A stretch of DNA of 57,179 nt, taken from contig DF237525.1 of assembly GCA_000708835.1 (NCBI GenBank), positions 1 to 57,179 on the forward strand. The letters are read 5' to 3'. Shown here piece after piece: positions 1 through 12,132 of the stretch. The translations under genes and the position numbers were made by a program. Under the pieces are notes generated by a model. It had not been told where the DNA came from. It worked only from the letters and a program-made list of their open reading frames with translations, and made no database searches. Origin of the DNA: Klebsormidium nitens. Lineage: Eukaryota > Plantae > Klebsormidiophyceae. The first letter of the stretch is position 1. Each line of letters opens with the position of its first letter.

Positions 1-422
1 GGTATGGTACTTTTCATGGCATGTTACTCCTGTGGTATGTACCTTGGGTTACCACGCGGATCTGGAAAGCCATACGATTGCTGAAAAACCTGGAAAGCTT
101 TTTGCAGCTTTTCGGTCGACGCGCACCCTTACGCTCCCCTACTCCTAGCTGCATTGCCAATAAAAGGCTTGATACAACGTACCAATCATCTCTCACAAAC
201 CATGGGCTATACTGACCACCAGAATGGCTTGAGAGGATTCGGCTTACCCCCTCAGACCAATGAGGGGGCTAACACCTCCGCAAGATCAGAGTTATATTCA
301 GCGTCCCATTGTGTATTCACCACTGACCAGAGAATGCCTCTTTTTCGTTTGTTAAGACTCATTGCATTGGTGAGTTCGAATTTGACCCTGAAATGCCCAT
401 TCAATGGTCTGGAGTGACTCAC

Positions 423-602
423 CTTCACTGCAGCCTCCAACTTCTCAGCTCGACGAGCAGCCAGGACGACTTTGGCGCCCTGGCCCGCGAGAAAGCGGGC
501 AAACGCGAGGCCAATCCCGGAGGAAGCCCCGGTCACGAGCGCGACCTTGTCCTCGACGGAGAACAGCTCCCCGTAGGGGCTGCACTTCTTGCACTGCGCC
601 AT
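423..602 (-). CDS. Short-chain dehydrogenase/reductase (classical SDR), first coding exon; the rest of the gene is probably left of the window
   Basis: ATG at 602 gives MAQCKKCSPYGELFSVEDKVALVTGASSGIGLAFARFLAGQGAKVVLAARRAEKLEAAVK, with the Rossmann TGxxxGIG motif. GTGAGT donor at 422. No convincing exon 2 in 1-420. Confidence 0.85.
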
Positions 603-1132
603 TGGTGAATCACTGCAACTTGCCCAGCTGAAAGTGGATTGCTGATCAGGTTGTAACGGGCTGTAAGCTGGGACAGAATGCAGCTGGGCGTTCAGATGGC
701 CTTGGATATACTAGTGCGCTTGAAGGGGGGCTGGAAGAGGCGGGGAGTGCAAGTGGGGAAGGAGTGGACTAACGTGGAAGTTCGTCCGAGCTGAAGATCA
801 ACCGAGCTCTCAAGAGTTTTGAAGTACCGAGTTGCAAGGTGTCCCTCTTATACTCTCCCCGTACCAGCCTATAGCGGGTCTTATTGCTGATGACTCTCCT
901 TTGACCCCCAGCTACGGTATGCAGTTCAGAAGGCAACGCAGCCAGCTGCTACATCAGAAGAGGAGCGCGGCAGCTGCGGCATCCCGGTCTACTTATACTC
1001 TTAATATTATACTATCAAGGTAGGGCGGTCTTGGGGTATCTGGATACCTAGCAATTCCAGTGCCAGGTGGAGCAGGCCGACAGTCGCCGACCGCCAAGTC
1101 CGTACGCCCCGGCGCCGCGGACAGCCTCGGCC

Positions 1133-1209
1133 CACGTGTCATTGTGACGCTCAATCAAAGTTCGTGCGCGAGCAAGTTATAGTCCATAATGTACTTACTA
1201 CTGACGTCA
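1133..1209. promoter_or_regulatory. ACGT-core elements upstream of the SDR gene: G-box/ABRE-like CACGTGTC (1133-1140) and CRE-like TGACGTCA (1202-1209)
   Basis: Motif match only, about 530-600 bp upstream of the SDR ATG. Confidence 0.25.
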
Positions 1210-2738
1210 TGTACAGAAGTCGCATAGAAGTTTCGTGTGATGTAAGTGTGGACATGGTGCGCTGGTTCGCCGGTCCGTACTAGTGGTTTGTACCGTAAAT
1301 ATACAAGTACGTTCAGTCAAATATCGCGAACATTGTGTATATTGTCGAAAGACTGCAGAGTCCAGACTTACTTATCGCTCGACTCCCGAGCGCCCGGCAC
1401 CGATGCCGGCTGTTTCGACGACAAAAGAGTTTTTTAATGTAGAAACAGGGCAATATTCTCCGGTACTAGGTAGCTGAGATGTGTGCAGAGAGGCAATAAT
1501 AGGGTTACGTTTTGCGGGTTTCCTAGATTAGGGTTTCCACATCCTGCCAAGGGAATCTGCCACCCAATGCAGCAACACTGTCAGCAGGGGGGCAGCAGGG
1601 ACTCGGGAGTCAATTGCACCTTCAAAGCTCATTGGGATCGATGGCGTCCTCCCGGCGTCCTCGTAGCTCTGCATCCAACAGAGGTCCTTCTTGGCCTCTG
1701 GATTCTTCTGAGTGCGTGCGTGGAGTGACTCTCCTTTGAATCTCTTTCGTCCAAATCAGTGCATTGACAACCGATCAGCGATGAATGGGTCAGGCGAATA
1801 TCACATATCATTCCGATTCACAGAGCTAGGCGGCCGCTTTGTATGTCATGCAGAATGCGGTTTGGACATCTGCCTGCCAACGCATGGTCTTGCACCGAGC
1901 AATCTTCTGAAGCTTAGTGTGCATCGCTTATTCGCGCAATGGCAGACTCAAAACAAACTGCCGCATACTCATGCAAGATGCACGCAAGATGCGAAGCTAT
2001 GAAAGATGCGCGTCTACTTTACAGCGGCGCCTAGGCTATGATTAATTACTCGCGACGCGTCCACCGCAATCAGATGCACGCATGCAAGCTCTCCGATCCG
2101 ATGGTTATCGTTGCAATATTCAACAATATTGCTTGATTATTCAGGCAAGTTCTCAAATCGGACCGGTGCGTTTGATGCGAATTGATGAAAGAAACGGCCT
2201 CAGTGTGCCGCTGCAGGCGGCGCCAGCTGCGCGCGCGCTGATTCTGGCAAGGCTGCACAGGGACTCTACTCCCTATACAATGATAGGGCCGAACTTGATT
2301 AAAAGCACATGCTTGCAGAGCCAGCCGCCATATGCAGGTGCACGGCCGCCGTGAGTTTTGCATTCATTTCGTCATAAACGGGCGGCAAAAATCCGAGGCA
2401 TGCACCATTTGGCGTTGCGTAAAAACGGCGTTTGAAGAGATCCCAAGTGTCACTAGAATTCCTTGTGTGCTAGCACGCACGATGATCAGCACGCTTGAAA
2501 TACAATTGAAACTTGCGGAGGCTTTCATTGACCGTCCTCAACTGCATTGCTGGTCAATTTGTCGAATAAATTAGCAACTGACGAACCATAACTTAGACGA
2601 AACCTCTATCCCTCATCTACCGGTCCGTGCTCATATGCCAGGTCGACCTCTGTTCTTCTTTCATTCGCCGCAGAATAAATACGTCCTTTTACAAGTTGTG
2701 GCATCAGATTTGCACTGTGCACGGGACCTGCAAAACCT

Positions 2739-5700
2739 TTATGACAACGGAGAATCCGTCGAGTAGACCCAGATCGCGCTGATTTTGGGCTCATCTCGAG
2801 TCCCGGTCCCCCGGAAATAGACCTCCAAATTGGGGCCGTCCAATTGGACTGTTCTGGCTCGAACGGGCGCCGCCTTGAACTTTCCCCCCGCGTCCTTGAA
2901 CGGATCGACGCCTATCGTCGCGCCCTCTTGAATGCCGAGGTACTCAATGTTCAAAACGCGCTGGCCGGGCTCATTGACGTTGAAAATGGTCGTGTCGTTG
3001 GGCGAGATCTCGGCGAAGAAGGTGTTGACACTGTAACGGCCTGCGGGGACCTGCCAGAACGGGAGAGAGTGCTTTGGTGTCAAAGTTGGTGTCAGATTTG
3101 ACACGGAGATATGCAAGAAGCGCTGCGCTTGGCTTGCTCGCAAACAAATACCGTAGTTTGTGTTCGAAGATGAGATACTTAAGACTGCGGCCGAACTTGG
3201 ACGATGAGGAGAGAAGCTGATGTGACAAAGTTCTCAAGACGTTTGCGACAGTTTGCGTTCGAGTGCCTCCAAGTTGTTTTGATCGGTTGATCTACCACGA
3301 AATTGCTTCTGTAATGGAACGACATGAATGTCGAACGAACAGATCGAAGGAAAAGGGCTTGGCTGAGACAAGAGCACCGGTTTATAAAAATCAAGGGATG
3401 ACGGACATAAAGAAGATGGCAGACTTTCCAAACGCAAAATTTACTTACCACAATCAGGTAGTGGTTCGTCCCAATCCGCTCCGCCTGAAAGATCTTAGGG
3501 TCAGTAGTCCCGGTAATGGTTTGTTCGGTGGATGCCGCGAACCCCCCGTTCGCACCGTTATCGTCGAACCGGCAGTACGGCGCTCCGGGGGGCATGTCGC
3601 GGAGGTTGAGGCAGGGGGTGTCGTCAGCCTTGAACGTCACGCCGAACGTGCTGACGTAATCAGAGAAGCCTCCGCAGAGGACCGCAAAAGAGAATTTTCC
3701 GTTGTTGACGGCGGGTGGGGACTGGGACAGAACGGGGACGCCCGCGATCAAACCGGTCGCGCCTGTAAAACAATCGAGTATATTCTCCTTTGTCTTGTTT
3801 TGGTGAATATCATCTTCGGGAAGAAAGTACGAAACAACCCATCGGCCCCAAGTCTCTTCCGAGCTTTGAACTTTGAGAAGCGACTTCAGCAACTTCGTCT
3901 TGTCTTTTCCTGGGATCCAGAATGATAAGAACGGAAAAACGCGGTTTGCTCTCAACCTGCGCAGTTTACATCCTGGCCTAAAACCCATTTGCAGGATCCT
4001 GTGTAACTTGATGAGTGTGTTCGCTCGATATGAGGTGGCAAAGATGCGGGCCAGGATTTAGTCAGCATACTGTAATTACTGTACTCTACACAGCCTCTTC
4101 TTGCTTCCGAGAAATACCTCTTAAACGCGTGGGGTTGCAACACGCTATGCGACCCAATGACCCAATCATTCGCTTTTCGGCCTTCGTCATCGACGCTCTG
4201 AAATTACTCTCGAATATGCCGTACCCTCTTCGTTCTGGCTACTTGTCGAATCAATGGACCCGCTTCATGGAAATGAATATTTAAGATGAGGCAACGGAGA
4301 TCTGTTCTTCAGACGCCACCCAACAAAATTTAAAAACCACTGAAGATCAGAGTTACCAGCCTCAGCGTGCACAAAGCTTACTCAGGCGTATGAGACGACT
4401 GACCGTATTTACAAGAGTCACATCTTTCGGTCTCGCCGTTCCGCGACTTAGAGACGTATGCCAGTCTGCAAGCTCCACCTGATGAGCTGCACAATATCTC
4501 AGTAATACCCCGCCGAGAAATTTCAAAAGATTGTGGCAGAACGTATCAAGAATCGACGGATCGAAGGGCAGCCTCACCTGACGGGAAGCTTCCCGCCTGC
4601 GACGGCGCCAAGAAACCAAATGCTGACGTGGCAGTCGGCGCGCTAGCCGGCCCGGCCGTAACTGCGGTAACCGCAGGCGACGGCACCGCTGTGCCTGCTG
4701 ACGTGGCAGGCGCGACAGCTGGCGCGACCTGGGGGCTCGCAGCTGACGTCACCGGGGTTTGAAGGTTGGGGGCGGGGGCGGGGGCGGGGGCGATGGCGGG
4801 AATAGGCCCCGGGGCAGAGTGAACGAAAACTGCGTTGAGGAGGGGGGGAAGCGGGGACGTGCCGGCGAAGGAAAGGGTTAGGTTACCGCCCTGGGTTAGG
4901 TTGACCGGAACCTGGTCAAGAAAAAAGGAATCACGCAGGTTTAGTTTTTGATACCAAAGACTTGGGTCGGGCTGGTAGGTGTTTGAATACCGAGCGACTT
5001 GCGAGACCAATCACCGGCTTCTCGCCACCATTCCCAAAATTAGTCGGATCCTTTCAAAGCTCCCTCTTTTAGAATAGTAGCAAGCCAATTCTTAGTCGAT
5101 GTCAAACTCTTCCTTCCACGGTGAAAAAACATGCAGCACATCAAGGGCGATTAGCGACCATTCTTTCATGGTTTACGGCGAACCTCCCTTTCAGGAGCCC
5201 ACGTTTATCTTAGCTCATCCGATCGACCCTTCGTAGAGTTCAGCCACGATTCAACCGAACAACGCCCCCTCTTCGTCTTTTCGCACCTCCTGACCTCCAA
5301 GAGACTTCTACAACGCAGAGCACATTCAACCGAGAGGACAAAAGTGTGTGGTTAAAAGCTCGAATTCAGCTTATCGATGCTTCGATTTCGGTCTTCAAGT
5401 ACCAATGGACGACTTCTTGTGGTTACTGCTAACCTGTAGCACGAGCGCTGTGAAGTTGGCCCCCGTCGTGGCGTAGATGTCGACATTGGGCGCCACGATG
5501 ACGTTTTGGGCGGACACGTTGAACACGCGCTGTCCGGCACCTATGAGAGGAGGGATTTGCAATCAGGAACTGGGCTTTGAAAAGGTCGCCCTCGTATGGC
5601 AGTGCGTTCACGTGCCTCCAATTTGGACGAGATTCGAGTGCCAGACCGTGGGTGCACGTGCGTAAATTGACGCGTCGACATCTCGAAGACTTGCACTGAC

Positions 5701-8700
5701 CAACGGCCAGACTGGCCGGGTGATCGGCTGACTGATTCTTCAAAGTCCTGGGGGAAAGTGGACATTTCAGAGGCTTGCACCGATTGAAGGCCACACCGGC
5801 CGCTTGAATTGCTAGTGACTTCGACTCTAAGAAAAAGAAGCGCCTCATATGGTCGACTGAAGCATCCAGTGACGTCACCTTTGCGACCCGTTGGGAAGAT
5901 GCTGACGCCCCAGAGCCCAGAAACCACCGAACGTTCTTTAGAAGCTCTAAGTTTGGGAGTCCGAAACTTAATACTCGAAACTCCAAATGAATCCCACCTG
6001 ACGCTACGGAGGCAGCAAACAATATCTGCGCGGTCCGACACCGTCAAAATGCGACAATCTTAAACCTCCAGAGTGTTACATTTTCATCAACTCTTGAAAT
6101 CCGTAAATTTTCACACCCCCAGAACCTTACTCACAATAATCTTCGATGGAACTCACCGGAAGCGACGGGATCCGCAAAGTGTAGATCGACCAGGTAGGTC
6201 CCGGCGAGTCCCACGGGGAGGCTGTAGCTGAAGTTACCGGTGCGTCCGTTTTTGTACAGGTCGCTGTTTACCTCGGCCGACCGGTACGACGGGAGAGTGA
6301 CGTTCGAGGCGAGGGAATAGTTTGTGCCACCTGCACAATCAGAAAAGTGCGCTTTCAGGATTGTCAGCATCTCAACCATTGTAAGCACATATTTGTAATG
6401 CACAGGCGCTTTTGTGACTAATTGTTGGTCGGTCGGTAAGAGCTTCTGTGAGAGCTCCTGAGAGTTGCTTGAGCATCTCCCATCCATTCCTACGACCTCG
6501 ACATCCTCTCCTCGCGAGTGAGTATACCGAACAAAAAACAGAGGTTTGAAACCTGCGAAACTGCCTGAAAGCAAGAGTAGAGGGCTCATATTTGCCAGCA
6601 AAGATGCTGCGACTTGCATGAAGTCAGAAACGTTCAACCGGCCGACATGGTGTTGGCGGCTGCTCTTGATACTAATGGTGGATTGACGAACCCGGTGTAG
6701 GTAGGCCCCAGACTCGGTAAACCAAAAACCCTAAACCCTCGTCGTTGGACAAATGGCTCACCAGTGAAGTACTGGTCCCGGCTGAACACGATTCCCCGCC
6801 CCGAGAGCACGTCCTGCGGGGAGCCCGCCGCGACCGCGACCAATCGGGAGTTGCCACTTGGCACCACGTTGACGCTCGCCACCGTGGCGTTGCTGCCGTT
6901 CGCGCCGCGGAGGCCGATCGTCAGGAGACCGTTGCTGACGTAAGCAGCGGTGGTAAGCGAGCTCGCGTTGGCGGGGAGTGTGACGGGGACGCCCTGCGGG
7001 TGTGACGTCATCCGCTCTGGTTAGTGACATCATTGGATGGCCTTTCAACTCAGTCTCAATGAACTGGCTCTTATCTTTTGTCCTGTACGCTGAAGATCCA
7101 CCTCACGATCCTCACGAGAAAATCGTTCGTAAGTGAGTTCGAGTCTTGCCGTGCAGAAGAGTACAACCCAAAGTAGTCCCTCGGTTTGGACAGGAGCCTC
7201 TTCAACGTAGCTTAGAACCTCTCGTCTTGTGCCACTTCAGAAAATCGTGGCTGGCTTTTCGTGGAGTCACTTTTGAACGCACAGTATAAGTCGCACTTTC
7301 AGGGGCTTAGCCAGTGACCACAACCCCTTTAGCCAATCAGTGCAAAATCCTGGATTTCGGTTACAAAGACCTCGAAGTTTGTTGAACACTGCCCTGAACT
7401 TTCGCTTAACCATGCTCTTACGCCTCACCTGGATCAGCACAATTGGCTGGCCAGTCGTGTTAAAAAGCCCAGTCCCGAAGTCGAGATCGACCTCGTAGTT
7501 TCCCCGCGCAAGGTTAAGGGCGTAACCAAAATCGGGACCCGTGCGAGCATCTTGCTGGGGGGTAGCAATGAAAAATTGGGCGGTGGAAAGGATTGTGGTG
7601 CCTGCGCAAGGACGGGGACTGATTAGCTAAACGCGTTGCTAACTCGACACGGGGTACTGTTTCAACTTTTTGACGGAGGATGCTGCAGTAGGACGGATGG
7701 AGACTAGCGGCCCAGAAAAAGTGGAGTTCCGGTCCAATGAAAGGCAACAAATATCCGACTCGACTGCTATATGCAAAAGACCGCTTGAAGGAGCCATATA
7801 AGTGGTACAGATCAGATCAACATGCTCCACGGTTTGAGGTGGGGTTAGGGTGGATTCTGGGCCGCTAACCTCGTTCCGCAGAGCATGTTGGTTCTGGGTT
7901 ACGGTTTGCAATCTACGTGAGCCTGGGGAACCGATGCAACCCAATGTAGGCCTAAATCGCAAAGCTGAAACTTGAATCAACTCACTTGTCCCGTAATAGT
8001 ACGCATCAGCCGTGTAATTTCCGATAGCGGCACCACCGGAGTTGATCGCGAAGCTCGTGGGTAAAGCCAGCGAGCTGTTTGACGTCGTGCTGTTGTCAGA
8101 GATGCGGATTGCGCTGATGCGGGCGGGCGCTCCGGCAGCTGTCAGGACAATACTGCAAGAGCCACGTGGCAACATGATGTCAGCAACAAATGAGAGGCAG
8201 CAGAAGTTATTGGAGCGACCGAGAAGGGGACCAAGTAGAGTACTTTGTAGGTTGTGCTGATGCAGAAAGTGCGCCGACTCCTGTGGAGAAGACAAGTGCC
8301 AGTCCGGCGTCACCCAAAAAGTAACATTCTAAGGGTCAAACCTTCACGGCCAGTTCGCTTCAATACTAACGCTCACTGTGCTGAAAGGGCTACACGAGGT
8401 GTTGAAGCAAGGTCTGGTGTGGAGGACTTGGCAGGTCTTTGCTGCACATTCTGCTGACGTCAGCACCCCACGATGTTGACACATGGTTAAGGGGCGGTGG
8501 CCCGAGGATCTATAGAATGTCGAAAAAAGAGCCTTCAGGAGAAGGGAGTCGATCAAGCAAGTACAAGAAACACAAGCCCTACAAAGCAACCAGCTCGCAG
8601 TTGCGGAAGTGCAGTGAAACAACGTGAGACCCGCCTGAAACAACGCGATTGTGTTGAGGTCACGGCCAAGAACTGCCCCTTAAGAGATGCTTTCTGCCTT

Positions 8701-10796
8701 AAGAAAGTCACATGACCAGAGCCCGAGACATGTCGCCAGTCTTGTGGCGATGCGCGCGCATGGGTCAGCTTTTCAAGCCCGTTGGCCAGTAGGAAGTCCA
8801 TTTCTTCGACTCCGTTGATCGAACCAGATGTTGCATGATTCCAAGCTGACCGCATCTCAAGAGCTGCTCGTAAAGCTGGGTTTAAGGGAACGTGATGTCA
8901 AAACTGGAAAGTCTGTTCGTCCTAGTCTGCAATTCCCAGGTGGAACTGCTACAATCTTACGTGCCATTACTAACACACAAGACAACTCAATCTCCTCGGC
9001 TTTAGTGCCCTGTAATTGCCAGCTTTCACCTTTAAGAGTAGCTCGGCAAATTCTCTTTCCAGTTATTGAGTCATTAAAAGCAGCATAGCTTCTGCACACC
9101 AAAAGGCATAGCTTATGAGAAGACCGAAGCCCTCACCTCAAGAGTCCTGTTGTCACGCTTGCTTGCGCCGTCAGAATCTCGACAATACTCGGGTTAACCG
9201 TTGCATTGGGCTCCACAATTGGCGTCACGCCCCCTTGATCAACTATAACATTCTGGACTTGGATTCTAGGCGAGGGTCGGAGAGTCCTTGCAACATTGCC
9301 AATAATAAGAGCCACTGAGTAGTTCCCGTTGGGCACGTTCACATCGTACCTGCAAGGGGCACGGCAGTCGGCGAGAATAAGCCCTAGGGTGGGAAATTGC
9401 TAGTTGCATGGAATAATCGCCAGAGCCGCATCCTATGACGCCACACAACACAGGCGATCCTGTTGCTCGGCTCAATTCAATGGAAGATCCGCTCACCCAA
9501 GCAGAGCCCGTTTAAAAAGTTGCGACTACCTTTGACTAAAGCTGCACCAAGCTGGAAAACGACTTATGGGAGCCACTTCCAAATGTGAAACTGAAGTCGC
9601 TTGCTGGCCTGCAAGGATGTTTCAGGACCATTGAGACATTTCAAACTTCCTGGGAGAGGCTATGTCCACAGATAGCCCGATCTTTCAACTAAAATCCTGG
9701 TTTGGACAGTCTATAAGAGTTGCATTGTAAGTCACAACCTCGCCACCGCCCTCTTGTCACAAAAAGCCCGCTTGATCACTGGTCGATGACCCAAGCATGG
9801 TCTTCTCAATCATACTACAAACGTGCGCAGAGTTCCTGAACACGGTGGAGCCTTCAAACTCAGGGGTTTAGAATTTTCAATCTTACAATGCTGTCAGGTC
9901 ATTGTCTTGCTTTCAAAGAGGCGCTTTTGTCTGCCGGGGGTGAAACAGAGTCAAGCTTTACTTTCTCCTGATGAGTGACAAGACAACAAAAAGCACAGTT
10001 TTGCAGATCTCGACCGGCATCACGTTTTCTGCTTTCGAGTGTAACTGTTACTCCTGGCTAGCTGACCTTTCAATTGCAAGCTGACCACATCAGATATGTC
10101 TGAATCGGTGGTACGACCACTTAAATCATGCAATGCAGCCAGATCTTGCCTAATGCCAATCTACACAGCCTTGCAACAGCAGTCAATTTAGACTTTTCGG
10201 CTGAGCGACTCTGTGTTGCCTAGATGACAGCATTGCTCAGGGTAGTACCCCAGGTTAAGGGCCTGGCTAGCCTAACCCTGAGCAAACCATCCTGGGCTTT
10301 CAACATAAAAAGAAGAGTCCCGTTGAACATGCAACTAAACACAATAAAGGTCACCTCTCTGCAAGCACGTTCTACACATTCTGGCTCAGATAACAGTTCT
10401 TTTAAGAGGCAAACTGCTGATCTCAAGTATGACGCTTGATTTGGGGCTCAACATTCCATATGATCTCCGAGCTGGCTTGTGAAATGCATACCTGATCAGC
10501 TGACCGGTCCTCTCAGTCGCGTACAATGCCACATCGGGCACCCCACTGAAACTGGCATTTGTGCTCAGGTTCCCGTAACTCACGATTCTTAGATCTGTGC
10601 CCGAGTAGAATGCGTCCGCCTGATAGACCATGCTAGCATTTGTGCTGCTTGTGTAATTGTTGCCTGGGGAGTAGATAGCACCGGAGGACGCATTTACACT
10701 GGAGGGGCCCCCACAGTTGATACCAAGATCAAAAGCAGCGGCAGAGGGAACAAGGAGGAGAATGGCAGAAAATAATATGGGAACAAAGGTAGCCAT
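2739..10796 (-). CDS. Gene A: secreted protein with 4 malectin-like domains and an Ala/Pro/Thr-rich linker (about 776 aa, 10 exons)
   Basis: Exons 10796-10492, 9349-9137, 8152-7986, 7601-7429, 6993-6762, 6330-6157, 5540-5434, 4911-4578, 3762-3449, 3050-2739. All GT-AG, phases consistent, total 2331 nt. Signal peptide MATFVPILFSAILLLVPSAAA. Malectin motifs GINCGG, LYATER, GTYLVDLHFAD, GQRVFNVSAQ, GRYSVNTFFAE, PKISAIWV. Confidence 0.88.
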
Positions 10797-12132
10797 TGCG
10801 AGAGGACTATCTTTGAACACTCTTGTGGCTTCTTCTTACCCCAGAATTGCGACGTTCACAAAGTTCTTTTCAGGAGAGGACAGCAACATCAGCCTAGAAA
10901 AGCTTCACTCTCCACAATATTAATAAGCAAGACACCTGCAGGATTGCTTTGCCTGTTTCTTGAGCAGCTCTTCTTCAAAATTGCACTACGATGCAACCTA
11001 CGGTATGCTTTCCTGATCTTGCCTTGCTCAAAACTACGGTACTAGGTCCTACCGTAGCGCAGCGTTTGATTTGACTCGAGTACATTCCTAGCTATAGGTA
11101 TAACACCGACAAAACCTGTTGGTGTTGTACTACCGTACCGGTAGCTGCCGGTACGGTCAGGACTCAGGTGAAAGGTCCGCTTGTACACTTTTGCTCTCGT
11201 AACGGTACCTATGTGGGTTGTACCAGGTAGTAACAGAGTCCAGACCATAAGTTACCGGTCGGGGAAGTGCCGCAAAGCCGTCAAGCTGAGAATGTCGCCA
11301 TAAGGCCAGCTGTAGAGCATGCAAAGCACCGACGTGGTACACATGTCCCATCGGTCGGTCAGGGTCCATGACACGTCGCCTAGCGATTGGCTGAGGGAGA
11401 TTCCACCAGGAGTCTGTCGACAACCGGTGAGCTTCTCCCGCCGCTTTCGATAAACCTCCCCCGCTGTACGGACGTCGCATGGCCAAACACTTTGAGCCCC
11501 GGGAAGTCACACCAGTGCAAAGAATCGACCCCCACCTCAGCCTTCTGCAGACGTGTCAGAGGGTTTGCTGGGAAAGTGTACCGGGCACAGAAGCAGCACA
11601 GAAGACGGCTCACAAAAGTGCGGTAAATGTGACGGACGGTGGGGTGCTCCCGTGCTGCCATTGGTACTGCATGCTACCACAGACCTTGGAAGCACCGCGG
11701 CAATTCAAGTTGTGGTGTTGCCACTCTTGAGCTGAACCGAAGAGGAGATCAGCTGATTGCTAGCTTGCCAGTTTGCAACGCAGTCTCTTCGAAACCAGCT
11801 GGGGAATACCGTAGGACCTACCAGGAGACCCGGCCACTTTTCGAGGTGCACTGCACGACCAAGGTGGTCCCATCAGAAAGCCGTGCTTTGATCCAAGAGC
11901 TGACTGTTGATCAGGTTCCCTTAGCACCGGCATTGATCTTGGATCGAGAAAGTAGTGCACAGAACGTCTTTTTTCACGTTGCCTCACCAACTTTCGTTTG
12001 GCCAGCGAAGGCCACGATCGCCGCGAGGTTCCTCGGATCCTGATTCTATGCTTTGGTAGTTGCGGTTCTAGGATCAAGAAAGAGAGCCTCTTTCTATCCT
12101 TGACTTTGAAAAGCATATAAGGGATTATCGTA

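Noticed and set aside
247-387. Possible second SDR exon bounded by a CAG acceptor and a GTAAG donor
   Set aside because: All three frames hit stops and none resembles the expected SDR continuation.
2082-2354. + strand 90-aa ORF ending near a GTGAGT donor, with several CATGCA (RY-like) motifs nearby
   Set aside because: No recognisable domain, no convincing downstream exon, and short motifs are expected by chance.
3263-3925. 220-aa + strand ORF
   Set aside because: Antisense shadow of gene A exon 9.
11157-12043. ORFs of 117-134 aa in the A/B intergenic region
   Set aside because: No recognisable motifs or splice support; overlapping frames look equally plausible.
12101-12121. Possible NLP-binding NRE (TGACTTT...AAG) before gene B, which would link NLP to the malectin cluster
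   Set aside because: Poor match to the tGACcCTT-N10-AAG consensus and only 12 bp from the ATG. The adjacency of NLP and gene C alone is no evidence of a functional link.
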